Assembly: GCA_963762565.1 (NCBI GenBank)
Contig: CAVXLD010000003.1
Location: 911,672 to 975,671, forward strand
Source of the DNA: an uncultured Verrucomicrobiae bacterium
GTDB lineage: Bacteria > Verrucomicrobiota > Verrucomicrobiia > Chthoniobacterales > JAFAMB01
Direction of reading: 5' to 3'
DNA length: 64,000 nt
Shown here: positions 29,427 through 39,821 of the stretch, in pieces
Position numbering within the stretch: position 1 is the first letter of the stretch
How the letters are laid out: the number at the start of each line of letters is the position of its first letter
The notes under the pieces: generated by a model
The model's database searches: none
What the model was told of the DNA's origin: nothing
What the model saw: only the letters and a program-made list of their open reading frames with translations
Program-made: the position numbers and the translations under genes

Positions 29427-30518
29427 TCACTGAGCTGGCTTGATCTGGATGACCGAGACGGTGTCACCTCCGAAGTTGCTGCAATAAGCCAGGTTACCTG
29501 TCTTGGACATAGCAATCCAGGCCGGCCCAGTTCCGACGGTAATAGCACTTCCGACTTGTTTATAAGTGCCCGTACTAACGACAATGACCGTATTCCCGTA
29601 AGTAGTCCCGCTGGTATAATACTGGGGTACATACAAGTAGGCGCCGTTCGGTGTTATCGCCGGCACACTCGGAACTTCACCGGGCTCAAACGTCTTAACT
29701 ATGCTGTCACCCTTTATGACTGAAATCGTGGCCAGTTTGAAATTTGTGCAGTACACCAAGGCGTTTTTTGGATTCATCACGCAATACAATGGGTCGCCGA
29801 TGGTGGAAATGCTGTGCTCCACCTTTGAGGTAGCAGTATCGATCACATAAACGAATCCACTTCCGTCTTCGCAGGCATAGGCTAGGTCGCCATTCTTCGA
29901 AAACGTCGCCGAGGCGGCATGTTCGCCGATGGTGATTGCAGTCTTCACCGTCTCTGTGCTCGTCTCGATGACTGAGATAGTCCCGGACCCTTCATTGGCA
30001 ACGTATACCAATTTACCATTCGGGCTGATCGACACATACCGCGGGTTAGTACCGACGGTTATTGTTTTTTCGAGGGCCCCGGTGCTCGCGTTTAGGACGC
30101 TGATTGTCCCGGCGGAAACGTCATTGGATACATACAATTTTGTCCCATCCGGGGTAATCGCCATGCCGTCCGGGCTAGCGCCAACACTGGTAAAGGTGGT
30201 CGTCACCTTGTTCGTGGTGGTATCTATGACCGATATCGAGTTACCCAAATAGTTACCCACGTAAGCAAGATCGGCCGTCGGACTGAGAACAATCACGTGC
30301 GGCCCCGAACCGACATTGACGGTCGCCACGACCTTATTGGTAGGTGCGGTCTCTGTCGTGATTCCATCGGTCGTTTCTTCCGCGATCGCCCGACCGACCG
30401 GGCAGGCGACGAAGAGAACGGCAAGAGTCGGAAAGAGGAATTGTCTAATAAGTTTCAGCCGGATTGATCCGGTTCCCCTTTGTTGAGGCTCCGGAGAACG
30501 TATGTCATGCCTTTTCAT
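29427..30518 (-). CDS. Secreted YVTN/YncE beta-propeller (paralog 1)
   Basis: Signal-like LFPTLAVLFVA; YVGN/YVSN/YVAN blades; start taken at MKRH (30518). Confidence 0.88.
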   Translation of the reverse strand: MKRHDIRSPEPQQRGTGSIRLKLIRQFLFPTLAVLFVACPVGRAIAEETTDGITTETAPTNKVVATVNVGSGPHVIVLSPTADLAYVGNYLGNSISVIDTTTNKVTTTFTSVGASPDGMAITPDGTKLYVSNDVSAGTISVLNASTGALEKTITVGTNPRYVSISPNGKLVYVANEGSGTISVIETSTETVKTAITIGEHAASATFSKNGDLAYACEDGSGFVYVIDTATSKVEHSISTIGDPLYCVMNPKNALVYCTNFKLATISVIKGDSIVKTFEPGEVPSVPAITPNGAYLYVPQYYTSGTTYGNTVIVVSTGTYKQVGSAITVGTGPAWIAMSKTGNLAYCSNFGGDTVSVIQIKPAQ

Positions 30519-30572
30519 AATCTTTTTGGTGACGCCATCCGGAAATAAACGACCGAATCGGGCGTCAGGCCG

Positions 30573-30601
30573 TACAACGGAAAAAAGGGGACCGTGTTTC
30601 A
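30573..30601 (-). promoter_or_regulatory. ECF-type promoter TGAAAC-N16-CGTTGTA
   Basis: tgaaac acggtccccttttttc cgttgta, ~55 nt before ATG 30518. Confidence 0.75.
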
Positions 30602-30837
30602 GAGAAAAAAGATGGGGGGCGAGGCTCCGGCGCTTCCTCAAGGGCCACGCAAGGCGATTGTTGTTCCGAAACCCCGTAACGGACAGCGCCGCAGGGCTGC
30701 CGAGCCGGACCCAGCGCATGCCATCGTCGATTGGCGCCCATTGATTAACTACCTGCCGGAACTGAGTCCTCGCGGCGCGCGGGGACGCGCGCCCTCCCCG
30801 ATTTGCACCCTGCGGAGAGCAAAGTCCGGCTTCGCGC

Positions 30838-33800
30838 CTAGCTCGGTTTCAGCTCCTCAACCAGCCTCTCACATTTCTTGGTGAACGGATGATCTTGACC
30901 CAAGATCTTGCGTGCACCCTGTGCTGCCCTTTGGGCTAACTCATTTGCCTCTTGAGTCTTGTTCTGAGCCCGCACGCATTGCGCCAGATTGAAACAGGTC
31001 TGGAGTGTGTCCGGGTGTTCAACACCGAGTACTTTCTCTCTCAGTTTGAGCGCCTGGCGATACTCCACCTCGGCTTCATCATGTTTACCTTGGTGCTCGA
31101 GGGCGGTGGCCAGATTATCGCGCGTATGCAGGGTGCTCGGTTCTTCAGGCCCGGCTACCTTCTCCTGCAGCTGGAGCACGGCGCCGTCTTCCGTTTCTGC
31201 CTCTACGGATTTGCCTTCTTCATCCAGCACAAAGGCAAGCTGGCTACGCGTTACCAACGTATCCGGGTGCTCAGGGCCGAGCACTTTTTCTCGAAGTTGG
31301 AGCACGGCGCGGTCTTCGGCTTCGGCTTCGGTCTGTTTGCCTTCGTCATCCAATACCACGGCAAGATCGGTTCGCGCCAAAAGCGTGTAGGGATGTTCGC
31401 GACCAAACACTTTGTCGTCGAGCGCGATCACCGCACGAGCTTCGGCTTCGGCCTCAGCGTACTTGCCTTCGAAGCCCAGCACTTCAGCCAGGCTGGTGCG
31501 GACTAACAAGGTGCCCGGATGCTCAGGACCATACACCTTCTCTTTCAGCTTAATTAAAGTACGGTCCTCCGCTTCAGCCTCGGCGTATTTGCCCTCGTCA
31601 GCCAGCCCCGCTGCCAGATTACTCCGGCCCATCAGCGTGTCAGGATGTTCAGGACCAAGGACTCGTTCCCGAAGTCTCAATACCTCGCGATCCTCGGCCT
31701 CGGCTTCTGCCCGCTTATTTTGCTCATGCAACATAACGGCCAGATCTCCGCGGGTAACCAATGTGTCCGGGTGCTCAGGGCCTAGCACTTTCTCCTGTAA
31801 TTTGAGCACCGCGCGACACTCGGCTTCAGCCTCTGGCCATTTGCCCTGGTAATTGAACGCGAGGGCCAGATCCATCCGCATTTTCAAGGTGTCAGGATCA
31901 TCAGGTCCCAGCACCTTTTCGCTGATCTTCAGCGCTGCGCGACACTCGGCCTCGGCCTCTGCATACTTGCCCTGATCCAGAAGCGCAGCCACCAGGTTTT
32001 TTCGGGTTTTCAGGGTTTCAGGACTCTCGGCGCCGAGAACCTTTTCTTGCAGACTGATGACCGCTCTGTCCTCATTTTCGGCCTCAGCGTTCTTGCCTTG
32101 AACCCAGAGAACGACTGCCAGCCAGTAGCAAGCTTTCAACGTATCGGGATTCTCCGGACCCAGTACGTGTTCTCGCTCCGCTATCACTTCACGAAGCAGT
32201 TGTTCGGCGTCGGAATACTTTCCTTGATCATTCAGGACGACGCCAATCGCGAATTGCACCCGGGCCCACTCTACCGGGTCGCGGCTGCGGTCGGTGAGTT
32301 TCTCGGCAGAATCCAGTCGCAGCAACGCCTCGGCATAGTCAATGCGGTTCTCGGCCGCCAACGCAGCCAGCTCAAAAGCCTTAATCGCTTCCGTCTTCTT
32401 TGGCGGGGTCGCGCCCTGAGCTTCATCAGCGGCAACCAAGGCGAGGCGTTCGGCTTCGTTGTAGTCCTTGGCAACATAAGCAGCACTGGCTCGTTCGTAG
32501 GTTGTTGAACCGGGCGCGCGTTTTAGCTGTTCGGCAAACCGCGGCAGTTGCTTCTCCACCAGGGCCGCATCTAATCCATATTGTTTTGCTAATTCCTCAA
32601 TGACCCGGGTCCGGGCTGCGTCCGGATCTAGTTTTGTTTGGGCTTGCCGCTGATCAGCTTCCTTTTGTGGAAATTGGGTGATCATCTGGCCCATCGCTTC
32701 GCGGATCTCGGCCAATTGACGGCTTTGTTCATTCTGCCGCCCCATGATCCAAAGCACCAGACCTCCCCCTATCGCCAGCGCCACTAGCAAACCAGCACCA
32801 ACCAGCCACTTTGAAATTGGTTTACGACGCCGAGGCCACCAGAATGGCGACCATTTTCCGCCGGCCCGCTTCACCGGCGCCAGCCACTCGACGGTTGAAT
32901 GCAAATTGGCCTTGCTCAGATGCCTCCCCGATTCCACCGCCTGGTTGACGATCTTGATCGCCTTGATTAGCTCGGCTGGTCTCTGAAATCGAGCCGCCGG
33001 ATTTTTCTCGAGCATTACCTCAAGCAATGCTTCGACGGGTTGCGGAACTTTCGACAAAGCCGCCAGCGGCAAGTCCCCATGCTGGTGTTGGTAGACCAAT
33101 TCGGAGCCGGAACCCTTAAAGGGCAGTTCACCGGTCAGCATTTCCCAAAGCGTAATCCCCAGCGAGTACAGATCCGAACGGATGTCTACACCGACGCCGG
33201 AGAACTGTTCTGGGCTAGCGTATGCCGGGGTTCCGGCGAATGAACCCGGTATCGATAGTCCCCTGGATTCTGTTTCATCGAGCGATTTCGCTAATCCGAG
33301 GTCGATAATTTTGACACTCTCGATCTCGCCTCCTTCGCGATTCACCATGATGTTACTCGGTTTAAGGTCGCGATGAACCAGGTGATTCTTCTGGATCGCG
33401 CTCAGGCCATTCGCCACTTGCGACACGATCTCCAATGCCTCCGGAACGCTCAAATGGGCCGGTTGGCTCAGGATCCGTTCCAGGGTTTCGCCTGAAACAA
33501 ATTCCATGGCGTAAAAGTAATTCTCGCCAGTTTTTCCAAGATGAAACACGCTGGCGACATTGGAATTTCGTACTGCGGCGGCCGCTCTGGCTTCCCGGAC
33601 AAAACGGGCGCGAGCGGAGTCGTCCTGAACATAGCGAGAACTGATTACCTTTAAGGTGACGGGGCAGTGAAGTTCGACATCGATGGCTTTGTAAGTAACC
33701 CCCATGGCGCCGCTCCCCAATTCCATCGGTTTGCCATCGTCGCCTACCATGATTTCGTAGTGCCCAAACCGCAGGTCGCCCGGCCGGTTCGCTGCGTCTT

Positions 33801-33945
33801 CGGCCGGCAAAGCGGGCTTTTCCGGCTCCTCTGCTTTTGCCTCGGCATCACCGGGCTCTAAAGCCGCGCGCAAAACGCAGACCGGACAATACACGCGGTC
33901 GTCGTCGAGCAGCTTTCCGCAGGTTGGACAAGCTTTCGTAGTCAC
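30838..33945 (-). CDS. Membrane Ser/Thr protein kinase with an N-terminal CxxC..CxxC motif and C-terminal 42-aa TPR repeats
   Basis: LGSGAMGVTYKA, HRDLKPSN, DLGLA, GTPAYASPEQ, DLYSLG; TM helix; about 11 LGPEHPDTL-type repeats. Confidence 0.95.
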   Translation of the reverse strand: MTTKACPTCGKLLDDDRVYCPVCVLRAALEPGDAEAKAEEPEKPALPAEDAANRPGDLRFGHYEIMVGDDGKPMELGSGAMGVTYKAIDVELHCPVTLKVISSRYVQDDSARARFVREARAAAAVRNSNVASVFHLGKTGENYFYAMEFVSGETLERILSQPAHLSVPEALEIVSQVANGLSAIQKNHLVHRDLKPSNIMVNREGGEIESVKIIDLGLAKSLDETESRGLSIPGSFAGTPAYASPEQFSGVGVDIRSDLYSLGITLWEMLTGELPFKGSGSELVYQHQHGDLPLAALSKVPQPVEALLEVMLEKNPAARFQRPAELIKAIKIVNQAVESGRHLSKANLHSTVEWLAPVKRAGGKWSPFWWPRRRKPISKWLVGAGLLVALAIGGGLVLWIMGRQNEQSRQLAEIREAMGQMITQFPQKEADQRQAQTKLDPDAARTRVIEELAKQYGLDAALVEKQLPRFAEQLKRAPGSTTYERASAAYVAKDYNEAERLALVAADEAQGATPPKKTEAIKAFELAALAAENRIDYAEALLRLDSAEKLTDRSRDPVEWARVQFAIGVVLNDQGKYSDAEQLLREVIAEREHVLGPENPDTLKACYWLAVVLWVQGKNAEAENEDRAVISLQEKVLGAESPETLKTRKNLVAALLDQGKYAEAEAECRAALKISEKVLGPDDPDTLKMRMDLALAFNYQGKWPEAEAECRAVLKLQEKVLGPEHPDTLVTRGDLAVMLHEQNKRAEAEAEDREVLRLRERVLGPEHPDTLMGRSNLAAGLADEGKYAEAEAEDRTLIKLKEKVYGPEHPGTLLVRTSLAEVLGFEGKYAEAEAEARAVIALDDKVFGREHPYTLLARTDLAVVLDDEGKQTEAEAEDRAVLQLREKVLGPEHPDTLVTRSQLAFVLDEEGKSVEAETEDGAVLQLQEKVAGPEEPSTLHTRDNLATALEHQGKHDEAEVEYRQALKLREKVLGVEHPDTLQTCFNLAQCVRAQNKTQEANELAQRAAQGARKILGQDHPFTKKCERLVEELKPS

Positions 33946-34709
33946 TCCAACTGGCCGTCCGAAGCGATTAGTGCGTCACAGAGAGCATGAATTTCTTCAT
34001 CTACGGTTGCGGGATCGCTGACCGTCCGTGAGACTTCCTCCCGCAAAATTTCGCTGTGTCTCTTTCGAAAACGATGAATGAGGGTTTTCGCGCCGCCGAG
34101 GGTACCTTGGAGTTGCCTGGCAACTTCCTCGTAAGAAGGTAACTCTTTACTATTCTTGGGATCTAGAAATGGTTGTAGCGTGTCGAACAGTGATTTCTTA
34201 CCCTGTGAGGTATACTCGACCCGGAGGCGGTCGATTACATGGGTTAACAGAGTCAGTGCCCAGCGCGCATCAAACGCGCTTTCGGCATTCAGTGGGTTAG
34301 CGGTCTCTCCAAGATAACGTTCTTCGCCGCTTTCCAGGTCAATGCCAACAAACTCGATGTGCCCACCGCGCTTAACACTGTTTGTCCGATCAAACGCGTC
34401 GTTCAGGTAGTTTTTCAATGACACCAAAAGGAACGAACGGAACTTTCCTTTTTCGGGGCTGACCTTTCTCAACGATTTCCGTTCAAGGAGACTCAGGAAG
34501 AACCCTTGGGTCGAATCTTCAGCGTCCTGAGCGCTATACCCTCGGCGTCGCACGAAAGCGTAGAGCGGATACCAATAAAGACGACAAAGATCTGCGAGGG
34601 CCGATTGCGAACCCGGAAGCTGACTTTGTGCGGACAACAAAACAGCGCTCCAGTTCGTTGTTCGGAACTCACCTGCTTGCACACCAGCCAGGCTCTCGGT
34701 TCGGCTCAT
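33942..34709 (-). CDS. ECF sigma-70 factor (kinase-associated type)
   Basis: FRTTNWSAVL, LCRLYWYPLYAFVRRRG..DAEDSTQGFF, GKFRSFL; 4-nt overlap with the kinase start. Confidence 0.92.
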   Translation of the reverse strand: MSRTESLAGVQAGEFRTTNWSAVLLSAQSQLPGSQSALADLCRLYWYPLYAFVRRRGYSAQDAEDSTQGFFLSLLERKSLRKVSPEKGKFRSFLLVSLKNYLNDAFDRTNSVKRGGHIEFVGIDLESGEERYLGETANPLNAESAFDARWALTLLTHVIDRLRVEYTSQGKKSLFDTLQPFLDPKNSKELPSYEEVARQLQGTLGGAKTLIHRFRKRHSEILREEVSRTVSDPATVDEEIHALCDALIASDGQLE

Positions 34710-34776
34710 TAGTCACCCTTCTCTTCTTTGCCTTTTTACACGGAAATAAGCGGGGTGGGAAGGAGGAAGAGGGGGA

Positions 34777-34975
34777 GTGAGAAGTGAGAAGTGATTGGTG
34801 ATTGGTGATTGGTGATTGGTGGGGAAGCGGCCCTCGTCCGGTGAAAGGTGAAAGGCACCCGCTCGGGAGGGAGTTGCATTCTGGGTCGGAAAAAGCGCGA
34901 GGCGCTGCGACCCTTTCCATGAGATGCTTGCACCGCCTCTCACCTTTCACTTCTCACTTCTCACTTTTCACCTTC
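34777..34975. repeat. Inverted 7-mer-array element
   Basis: gtgagaa/gtgattg/gtgaaag arrays ... ttctcac/tttcacc arrays. Confidence 0.8.
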
Positions 34976-36312
34976 CCCTCGCCTGGCGCGTTCAATGAAA
35001 CCCGCATGATAAGGGCTGCCGAGGGATGCGCGCCGGGCTTCAGGTTGCCGTGATAATCAATCACGTCCCAGCCAGAATTGGCAATGTAGTAAAAATCGTC
35101 ACCTACGACGACGCCGTGCGTTGGGTCGCCCAGGCTGTCGGTTGAACGTTCGATTATCGTCTCAGCTATAATTTTCGTGAGAGCTGAGTCCAGTTGAAAA
35201 ACAACAACGCGTTCGGGGGATGTGCCGTTTTGGACCGCGAGCAACTTCTGACCGTCTAGATACAGGCCATCAATACCATTGAGAGCAAAACGATCTTCAG
35301 TACTCAACCAGCGGACCTGTTTAGTACTAACTTCCAGGACACCGATCCCGCGTAAATAATCAGGCACGAAAATTTTCTTTCCGTCCTCATAAGAGGCCGG
35401 CGTTTGGGGCGAAATAAAATCGCCCGCGTCCAGGCGTTCTAATCCCTCGTTGCTTTCCTTTACTCGGTAGACGCCGCCCCCGTCACCATCGCTGATGATC
35501 ACGTCCCCGTCAGGCGCCAGCGTCATATCACCTAGAGCGCTGCCGCGCGGTCCTTCAATCCGGTGCAAGAGCTTACCGGTTGTCAGGTCATAACAAAGCA
35601 CTGCGGATCTACCCCAATCCGATTCCGACACGAACACAAAGCCCCGTAGCGCCACCTCAGTAGCCCATATGAGGTTTCGCTTGGGATCGATCTTGATGGC
35701 TAGTAGCGGCCAATCATCGGGCGCCTTGGCAAACTCGTTAATGGCGCCGTCGAAATCTGCCGAGATTATCTTCTTCCCGCGAACCGTCGTAATGAAGAAC
35801 CGCTTTGTGTTCGCGTCGTAGTCTAAATCCTCTGGCAGCAAGGCCGGTTCCGACAAATGTAACGCGGTTCTACCCAGCGAAATCGCGACCCGGTTCTTTG
35901 CCATGCCATCCTGGACCTTTGCGAATTCGGGTTGTTTGCGAAGCAGAGCAAATTCGGATGACTCAGTCAGCAGATCTGTGGATTGGCCCATCTGAACAAA
36001 CTTTTCCAGGTCGGAAAAGGCGCCAGCAAAGTCGCCGGTGTGTACTTTGGCTCGAACGAGCTCAAGGATTGAGTCCGGCGCTCCGTTCAGCAGTTCCACT
36101 AAATTCTTGGCGCCGGCCACGCTGCCAGACCAATCGTGATTCTTGCGAGCGGTCTGCAATTTCCCCTGAATCGATCGAAAATCAGCAATCGCGGTGTCCG
36201 CGCGGGATGAGAGTGAAGACGTGATCAGGCAGAGGAAGAGCGCGTTCCGAAAATAGCAAATAAAGGAGTTCAAGGGGAATTGGGGCAACGGAGTGTTGAA
36301 GTATTGCAGCAA
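34954..36312 (-). CDS. Secreted protein with an SMP-30/NHL-like beta-propeller; start uncertain
   Basis: PEDLDYD, LGDMTLAPDGDVIISD, GIDGL..LLAVQNG, DPTHG. Confidence 0.75.
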   Translation of the reverse strand: MLQYFNTPLPQFPLNSFICYFRNALFLCLITSSLSSRADTAIADFRSIQGKLQTARKNHDWSGSVAGAKNLVELLNGAPDSILELVRAKVHTGDFAGAFSDLEKFVQMGQSTDLLTESSEFALLRKQPEFAKVQDGMAKNRVAISLGRTALHLSEPALLPEDLDYDANTKRFFITTVRGKKIISADFDGAINEFAKAPDDWPLLAIKIDPKRNLIWATEVALRGFVFVSESDWGRSAVLCYDLTTGKLLHRIEGPRGSALGDMTLAPDGDVIISDGDGGGVYRVKESNEGLERLDAGDFISPQTPASYEDGKKIFVPDYLRGIGVLEVSTKQVRWLSTEDRFALNGIDGLYLDGQKLLAVQNGTSPERVVVFQLDSALTKIIAETIIERSTDSLGDPTHGVVVGDDFYYIANSGWDVIDYHGNLKPGAHPSAALIMRVSLNAPGEGKVKSEK

Positions 36313-36395
36313 TGCGGATCGAGCGTTCTACGTGGTTACTCCGTTCTGTCTTACTGCTTACCGCTTACTGCTTACTGCTTACTGCCTCTCACCTT

Positions 36396-37382
36396 TCACC
36401 TTTCACTTTTCACCGTTCCGCCCCGCGCTCCCGCGCCGCCCTCCCGCGCAATTCTTCTTAACGCTTGCGGCGGATGGCCATAGGTTCGGACAACGGCCCG
36501 TCGCATACGCTCCGGATCACTGAACCCGACTCTCTGAGCGATCGTTTCGATTGGTTCGTCGCTGTTCTCGATCCGGGTTTTAGCCGCTTCAGCTCGCAAC
36601 CTTTCGATCGCTTTGCTCGGGGTTTGCCCGGTCTCCGCCAGGAACACTCGTCCGAACTGGCGCGGACTCAGCCCGGCCGCTTTCGCCAGTTGCTCAACCG
36701 AAGTCACCTTGGAAAGATGAGCGCGAACATAACTCAACGCACGCTGAATCCGCTCGGAGCGTGCTTCCAGCTCGAGCAAGACTGAGAACTGCGATTGGCC
36801 GCCGGGCCGGCGATAATAGACCACGAGGTCTTGAGCAACGGTTTTTGCCATTTCTTGACCAAAATCTTCTTCGATCAACGCCAATGCCAGATCGATGCCG
36901 GCAGTCACACCTGCCGAAGTCCAGATCGAACCTTGTTTCACAAAGATCCGGTCGCCCTCGACGCGAATGCCCGGATATTTTCTTTGTAAAAGAGCGGCCA
37001 CCCGCCAGTGGGTTGTGACTCGCAGCCCGCTTAACAACCCTGCTGCTGCCAGGATAAATGTTCCTGAACAAACACTGGTCACGCGCCTACAGTTCTTCGC
37101 CGCGTTCTGTACAAATCTTTTTAGTCCCGGTGAGCGCCCTGCCTCACGGGTTCCTAGTCCCCCGACCGTAATCAGAGTATCAAACCGCCATGAACCGATC
37201 TTTTCGGTAGCGACCACTAATCCCGATGAGCTTTTCACGGGTCCGCCTGACTCGGATAGCACATGAAGTTGATATGGCTTCGGCGTCACCCGTCGGCCCG
37301 GCATTTCGAATGCCGCTAACGGCCCGGTCAGATCCAGGATTTGAAACTCCGGGAACACCAAAAAACCAACTTTGCGGGTCAT
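36396..37382 (-). CDS. GlxA-family (DJ-1/AraC) transcriptional regulator
   Basis: SVCSG, TTHW, TSAGVTAGIDLAL, RPGGQSQFS, AraC HTH. Confidence 0.93.
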   Translation of the reverse strand: MTRKVGFLVFPEFQILDLTGPLAAFEMPGRRVTPKPYQLHVLSESGGPVKSSSGLVVATEKIGSWRFDTLITVGGLGTREAGRSPGLKRFVQNAAKNCRRVTSVCSGTFILAAAGLLSGLRVTTHWRVAALLQRKYPGIRVEGDRIFVKQGSIWTSAGVTAGIDLALALIEEDFGQEMAKTVAQDLVVYYRRPGGQSQFSVLLELEARSERIQRALSYVRAHLSKVTSVEQLAKAAGLSPRQFGRVFLAETGQTPSKAIERLRAEAAKTRIENSDEPIETIAQRVGFSDPERMRRAVVRTYGHPPQALRRIAREGGAGARGGTVKSER

Positions 37383-37441
37383 GACGTTAAATGAGGGATC
37401 TATGTCCTTTCAGACAAACTACTCTTTGCCTTGTTAGAGCG

Positions 37442-38140
37442 ATGTCAAATTTTAGTCCGTTAACCATTGTATTCCCCATTTACCCCGGTGTTACCCAACT
37501 CGATTTCACCGGTCCACATCAGTTCTTTTCCCGATTACCGGGTGTAAAGCCGGTAGTGGCTTCGATCGAAGGTAAATCGATCGTCGGCGATGGCCTGACC
37601 TTTTCCGACCTAGTCTCGCTGGAACAGATTGATCGGTGTGATGTGCTATGCGTTCCCGGCGGGTTCGGTTGCACGGATGCGATCCAGGACCCGCGATATC
37701 TATCCGCTATCCAGTTGTTGGCAGAGAACGCCCGCTACATCACCTCAGTTTGCACCGGTTCCTTGATACTCGGCGCCGCCGGTCTATTGGAAGGAAAACG
37801 GGCAGCGTGCCATTGGGCTTGGCGCGAATTTTTGCCTCTCTTCGGCGCTATCCCTGACCTTGGCCGGGTAGTTCGGGACGATAACACCATCACCGGCGGC
37901 GGAGTCACCGCCGGGATCGATTTCGCTTTAACCGTAGCCGCCGAGCTCACCGATCCCACTATTGCTCAATCCGTACAGTTAGGACTGGAGTACGCACCTG
38001 CCCCACCCTTTGACGCTGGTACTCCCGATGGCGCCCCGGCCGATGTCCTGGCTCGAGTTCGCAGCCTCATGGGAAAAGCCGCGGTCAAACGCCGGGCAGC
38101 TCTTGAGCAAGTCGCGGAACGCTTCGCGAATAGCCAATAG
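37442..38140 (+). CDS. DJ-1/PfpI family protein (isonitrile hydratase-like)
   Basis: QLDFTGP, VPGG, SVCTGSL, TGGGVTAGIDF, EYAPAPPF. Confidence 0.9.
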   Translation: MSNFSPLTIVFPIYPGVTQLDFTGPHQFFSRLPGVKPVVASIEGKSIVGDGLTFSDLVSLEQIDRCDVLCVPGGFGCTDAIQDPRYLSAIQLLAENARYITSVCTGSLILGAAGLLEGKRAACHWAWREFLPLFGAIPDLGRVVRDDNTITGGGVTAGIDFALTVAAELTDPTIAQSVQLGLEYAPAPPFDAGTPDGAPADVLARVRSLMGKAAVKRRAALEQVAERFANSQ

Positions 38141-38396
38141 CCAATAGCCAATAGCCAAAACGCGAAGCGAATGATCCGGCGGCGGCCGGAACAGATAACA
38201 AATGACAAATGGGCGGTTGGAAGAAGGGCGAAGCGCTGCAGCAGCGAAGCGGCGTCGGCAGGGAGGGCGCGCGTCCCGGCGCGCTGTCCGTCGGATTTTG
38301 CCGCGAAGCGGCTATACAGAACAGCGCGAAGCGCGTCCTCAAGGCACCAATTTGCCCTCGATTAATTAATCGTGGTTTGAGAGGATTCCGCCTAGT

Positions 38397-38702
38397 ATGC
38401 GAATGCTCCTCAATGTCACCATCCCCCACGAACCATTTAATTCATTTGTAAGAGACGGCACCGCCGGACAGAAAATCGGTCGCGTTCTCGACGAGATCAA
38501 ACCGGAGGCAACTTATTTTACGGAGCAAGGTGGCCGCCGCGGCGCCATTGTAATCGTAGACCTGCCGGATCCATCCAAGGTTCCCAGCCTAGCCGAACCT
38601 TTTTTCCTGACTTTCAACGCTGATGTCGAGTTCAGGGTCGTTATGAGTCCGGCCGACCTTCAGAACGCCGGTCTCGACGAAATGGGAAAGAAATGGAGCT
38701 GA
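38397..38702 (+). CDS. Conserved small protein (DUF3303/GYD-like)
   Basis: KPEATYFTEQGGRRG..IVDL..PSLAEPFF..FNADVEF. Confidence 0.75.
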   Translation: MRMLLNVTIPHEPFNSFVRDGTAGQKIGRVLDEIKPEATYFTEQGGRRGAIVIVDLPDPSKVPSLAEPFFLTFNADVEFRVVMSPADLQNAGLDEMGKKWS

Positions 38703-38927
38703 CGCTTCGCGTATAGCCAATAGCCGATAGCCAAAGCGCGAAGCGAATGACAGATTACAGATAGCAAATTAGGGACGGTCGCACCTCTCACAGGGCGGGT
38801 GGCGGCGGCCTTTCCACGACTCACCCGTTCGACGCGCTTGCAGCTTGCCTGTGTCGAGCTTGCTAGACGCTCAGGGCGGGCCTTCTCACTTCTCACTTCT
38901 CACTTCTCACCTCTCACGCGAATCAAG

Positions 38928-39821
38928 CTAGTCCACCCAGAACCGATTCGTGTGGAAGTCGAGCGTTACGCTTCGACCGTTAAAGAGCGCCTGGCCGACG
39001 GTGCCATCGAACATCCCGTCCGGTTGATGTACTTTTTCGGTCGCGAAATAGAGCGGCGCGTCACTCATGAGGTCCTTGTTCGCAAAAGATTCTCCCTTGG
39101 CTTTGCCTTCGACCATGTCGACACCGCCGTCGGTAAAGGGAAACTTTTGGATTTTGGTCGAACCTGCTTCGGTTTTGAGGCCGAGTTTGTCGACCGAAGT
39201 GGAGTAAATCAACATAGTCCCGGTGAACAGGGTATCGATTTGTATCGTGACAGGTTGCCCGTTCACTAGAAATCCGGTGGCGGTAACGATGGCCGGACCT
39301 CGATGTCCGAAGGTAGGAAAGCTTAATGTGCCGGCAGTCTCAGGCGGAGTAACTTCGGCTCCGGCCTCAGAAAGCTGAAGCTTGTGATGGAGGTAATCGA
39401 TTGTGACGACGCGATCTTTAAGAGCAGTATAACAAATGGTGCCTGCCGCTGCCGGGAAGGTTCCCTGATCGATCGCTTTTTGGAGATCAACGACCAGAAA
39501 GGTCAGATGCGTAAGCCCTAAGGCGCCCAGTGCGGCATTCTCAACAGTGGTCGTGAAATAGTCTGGGATCACCTTGCCGTCCCGGGTCTTGTAAGGCTCG
39601 ACGCTTAACCCCAAACTCTTCGCATCGTTCAAATTCAAGATCGATACCGCGTTGCCGGTATCAAGAAGAAGCTTTACCGGCTTGCTGGTCCCGATTTGGA
39701 CGGTTACGCCCGGTAGACCGGAACAATCGATCAGATCGACTTGGGTTGCGGCGCCGGCGGCGGTAGACCCCAGAGCTATCGCTGCCAAACCAAGCGCAAT
39801 TCTAGTTAGTCTTTCTCGCAT
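38928..39821 (-). CDS. Secreted retropepsin-like aspartyl protease (two lobes)
   Basis: LLLDTGN and IQIDTLFTG; DGTVG..TLDF; signal peptide. Confidence 0.75.
   Translation of the reverse strand: MRERLTRIALGLAAIALGSTAAGAATQVDLIDCSGLPGVTVQIGTSKPVKLLLDTGNAVSILNLNDAKSLGLSVEPYKTRDGKVIPDYFTTTVENAALGALGLTHLTFLVVDLQKAIDQGTFPAAAGTICYTALKDRVVTIDYLHHKLQLSEAGAEVTPPETAGTLSFPTFGHRGPAIVTATGFLVNGQPVTIQIDTLFTGTMLIYSTSVDKLGLKTEAGSTKIQKFPFTDGGVDMVEGKAKGESFANKDLMSDAPLYFATEKVHQPDGMFDGTVGQALFNGRSVTLDFHTNRFWVD

Noticed and set aside
30952..32508. Plus-strand ORFs opposite the kinase TPRs
   Set aside because: Antisense shadows of repetitive coding sequence
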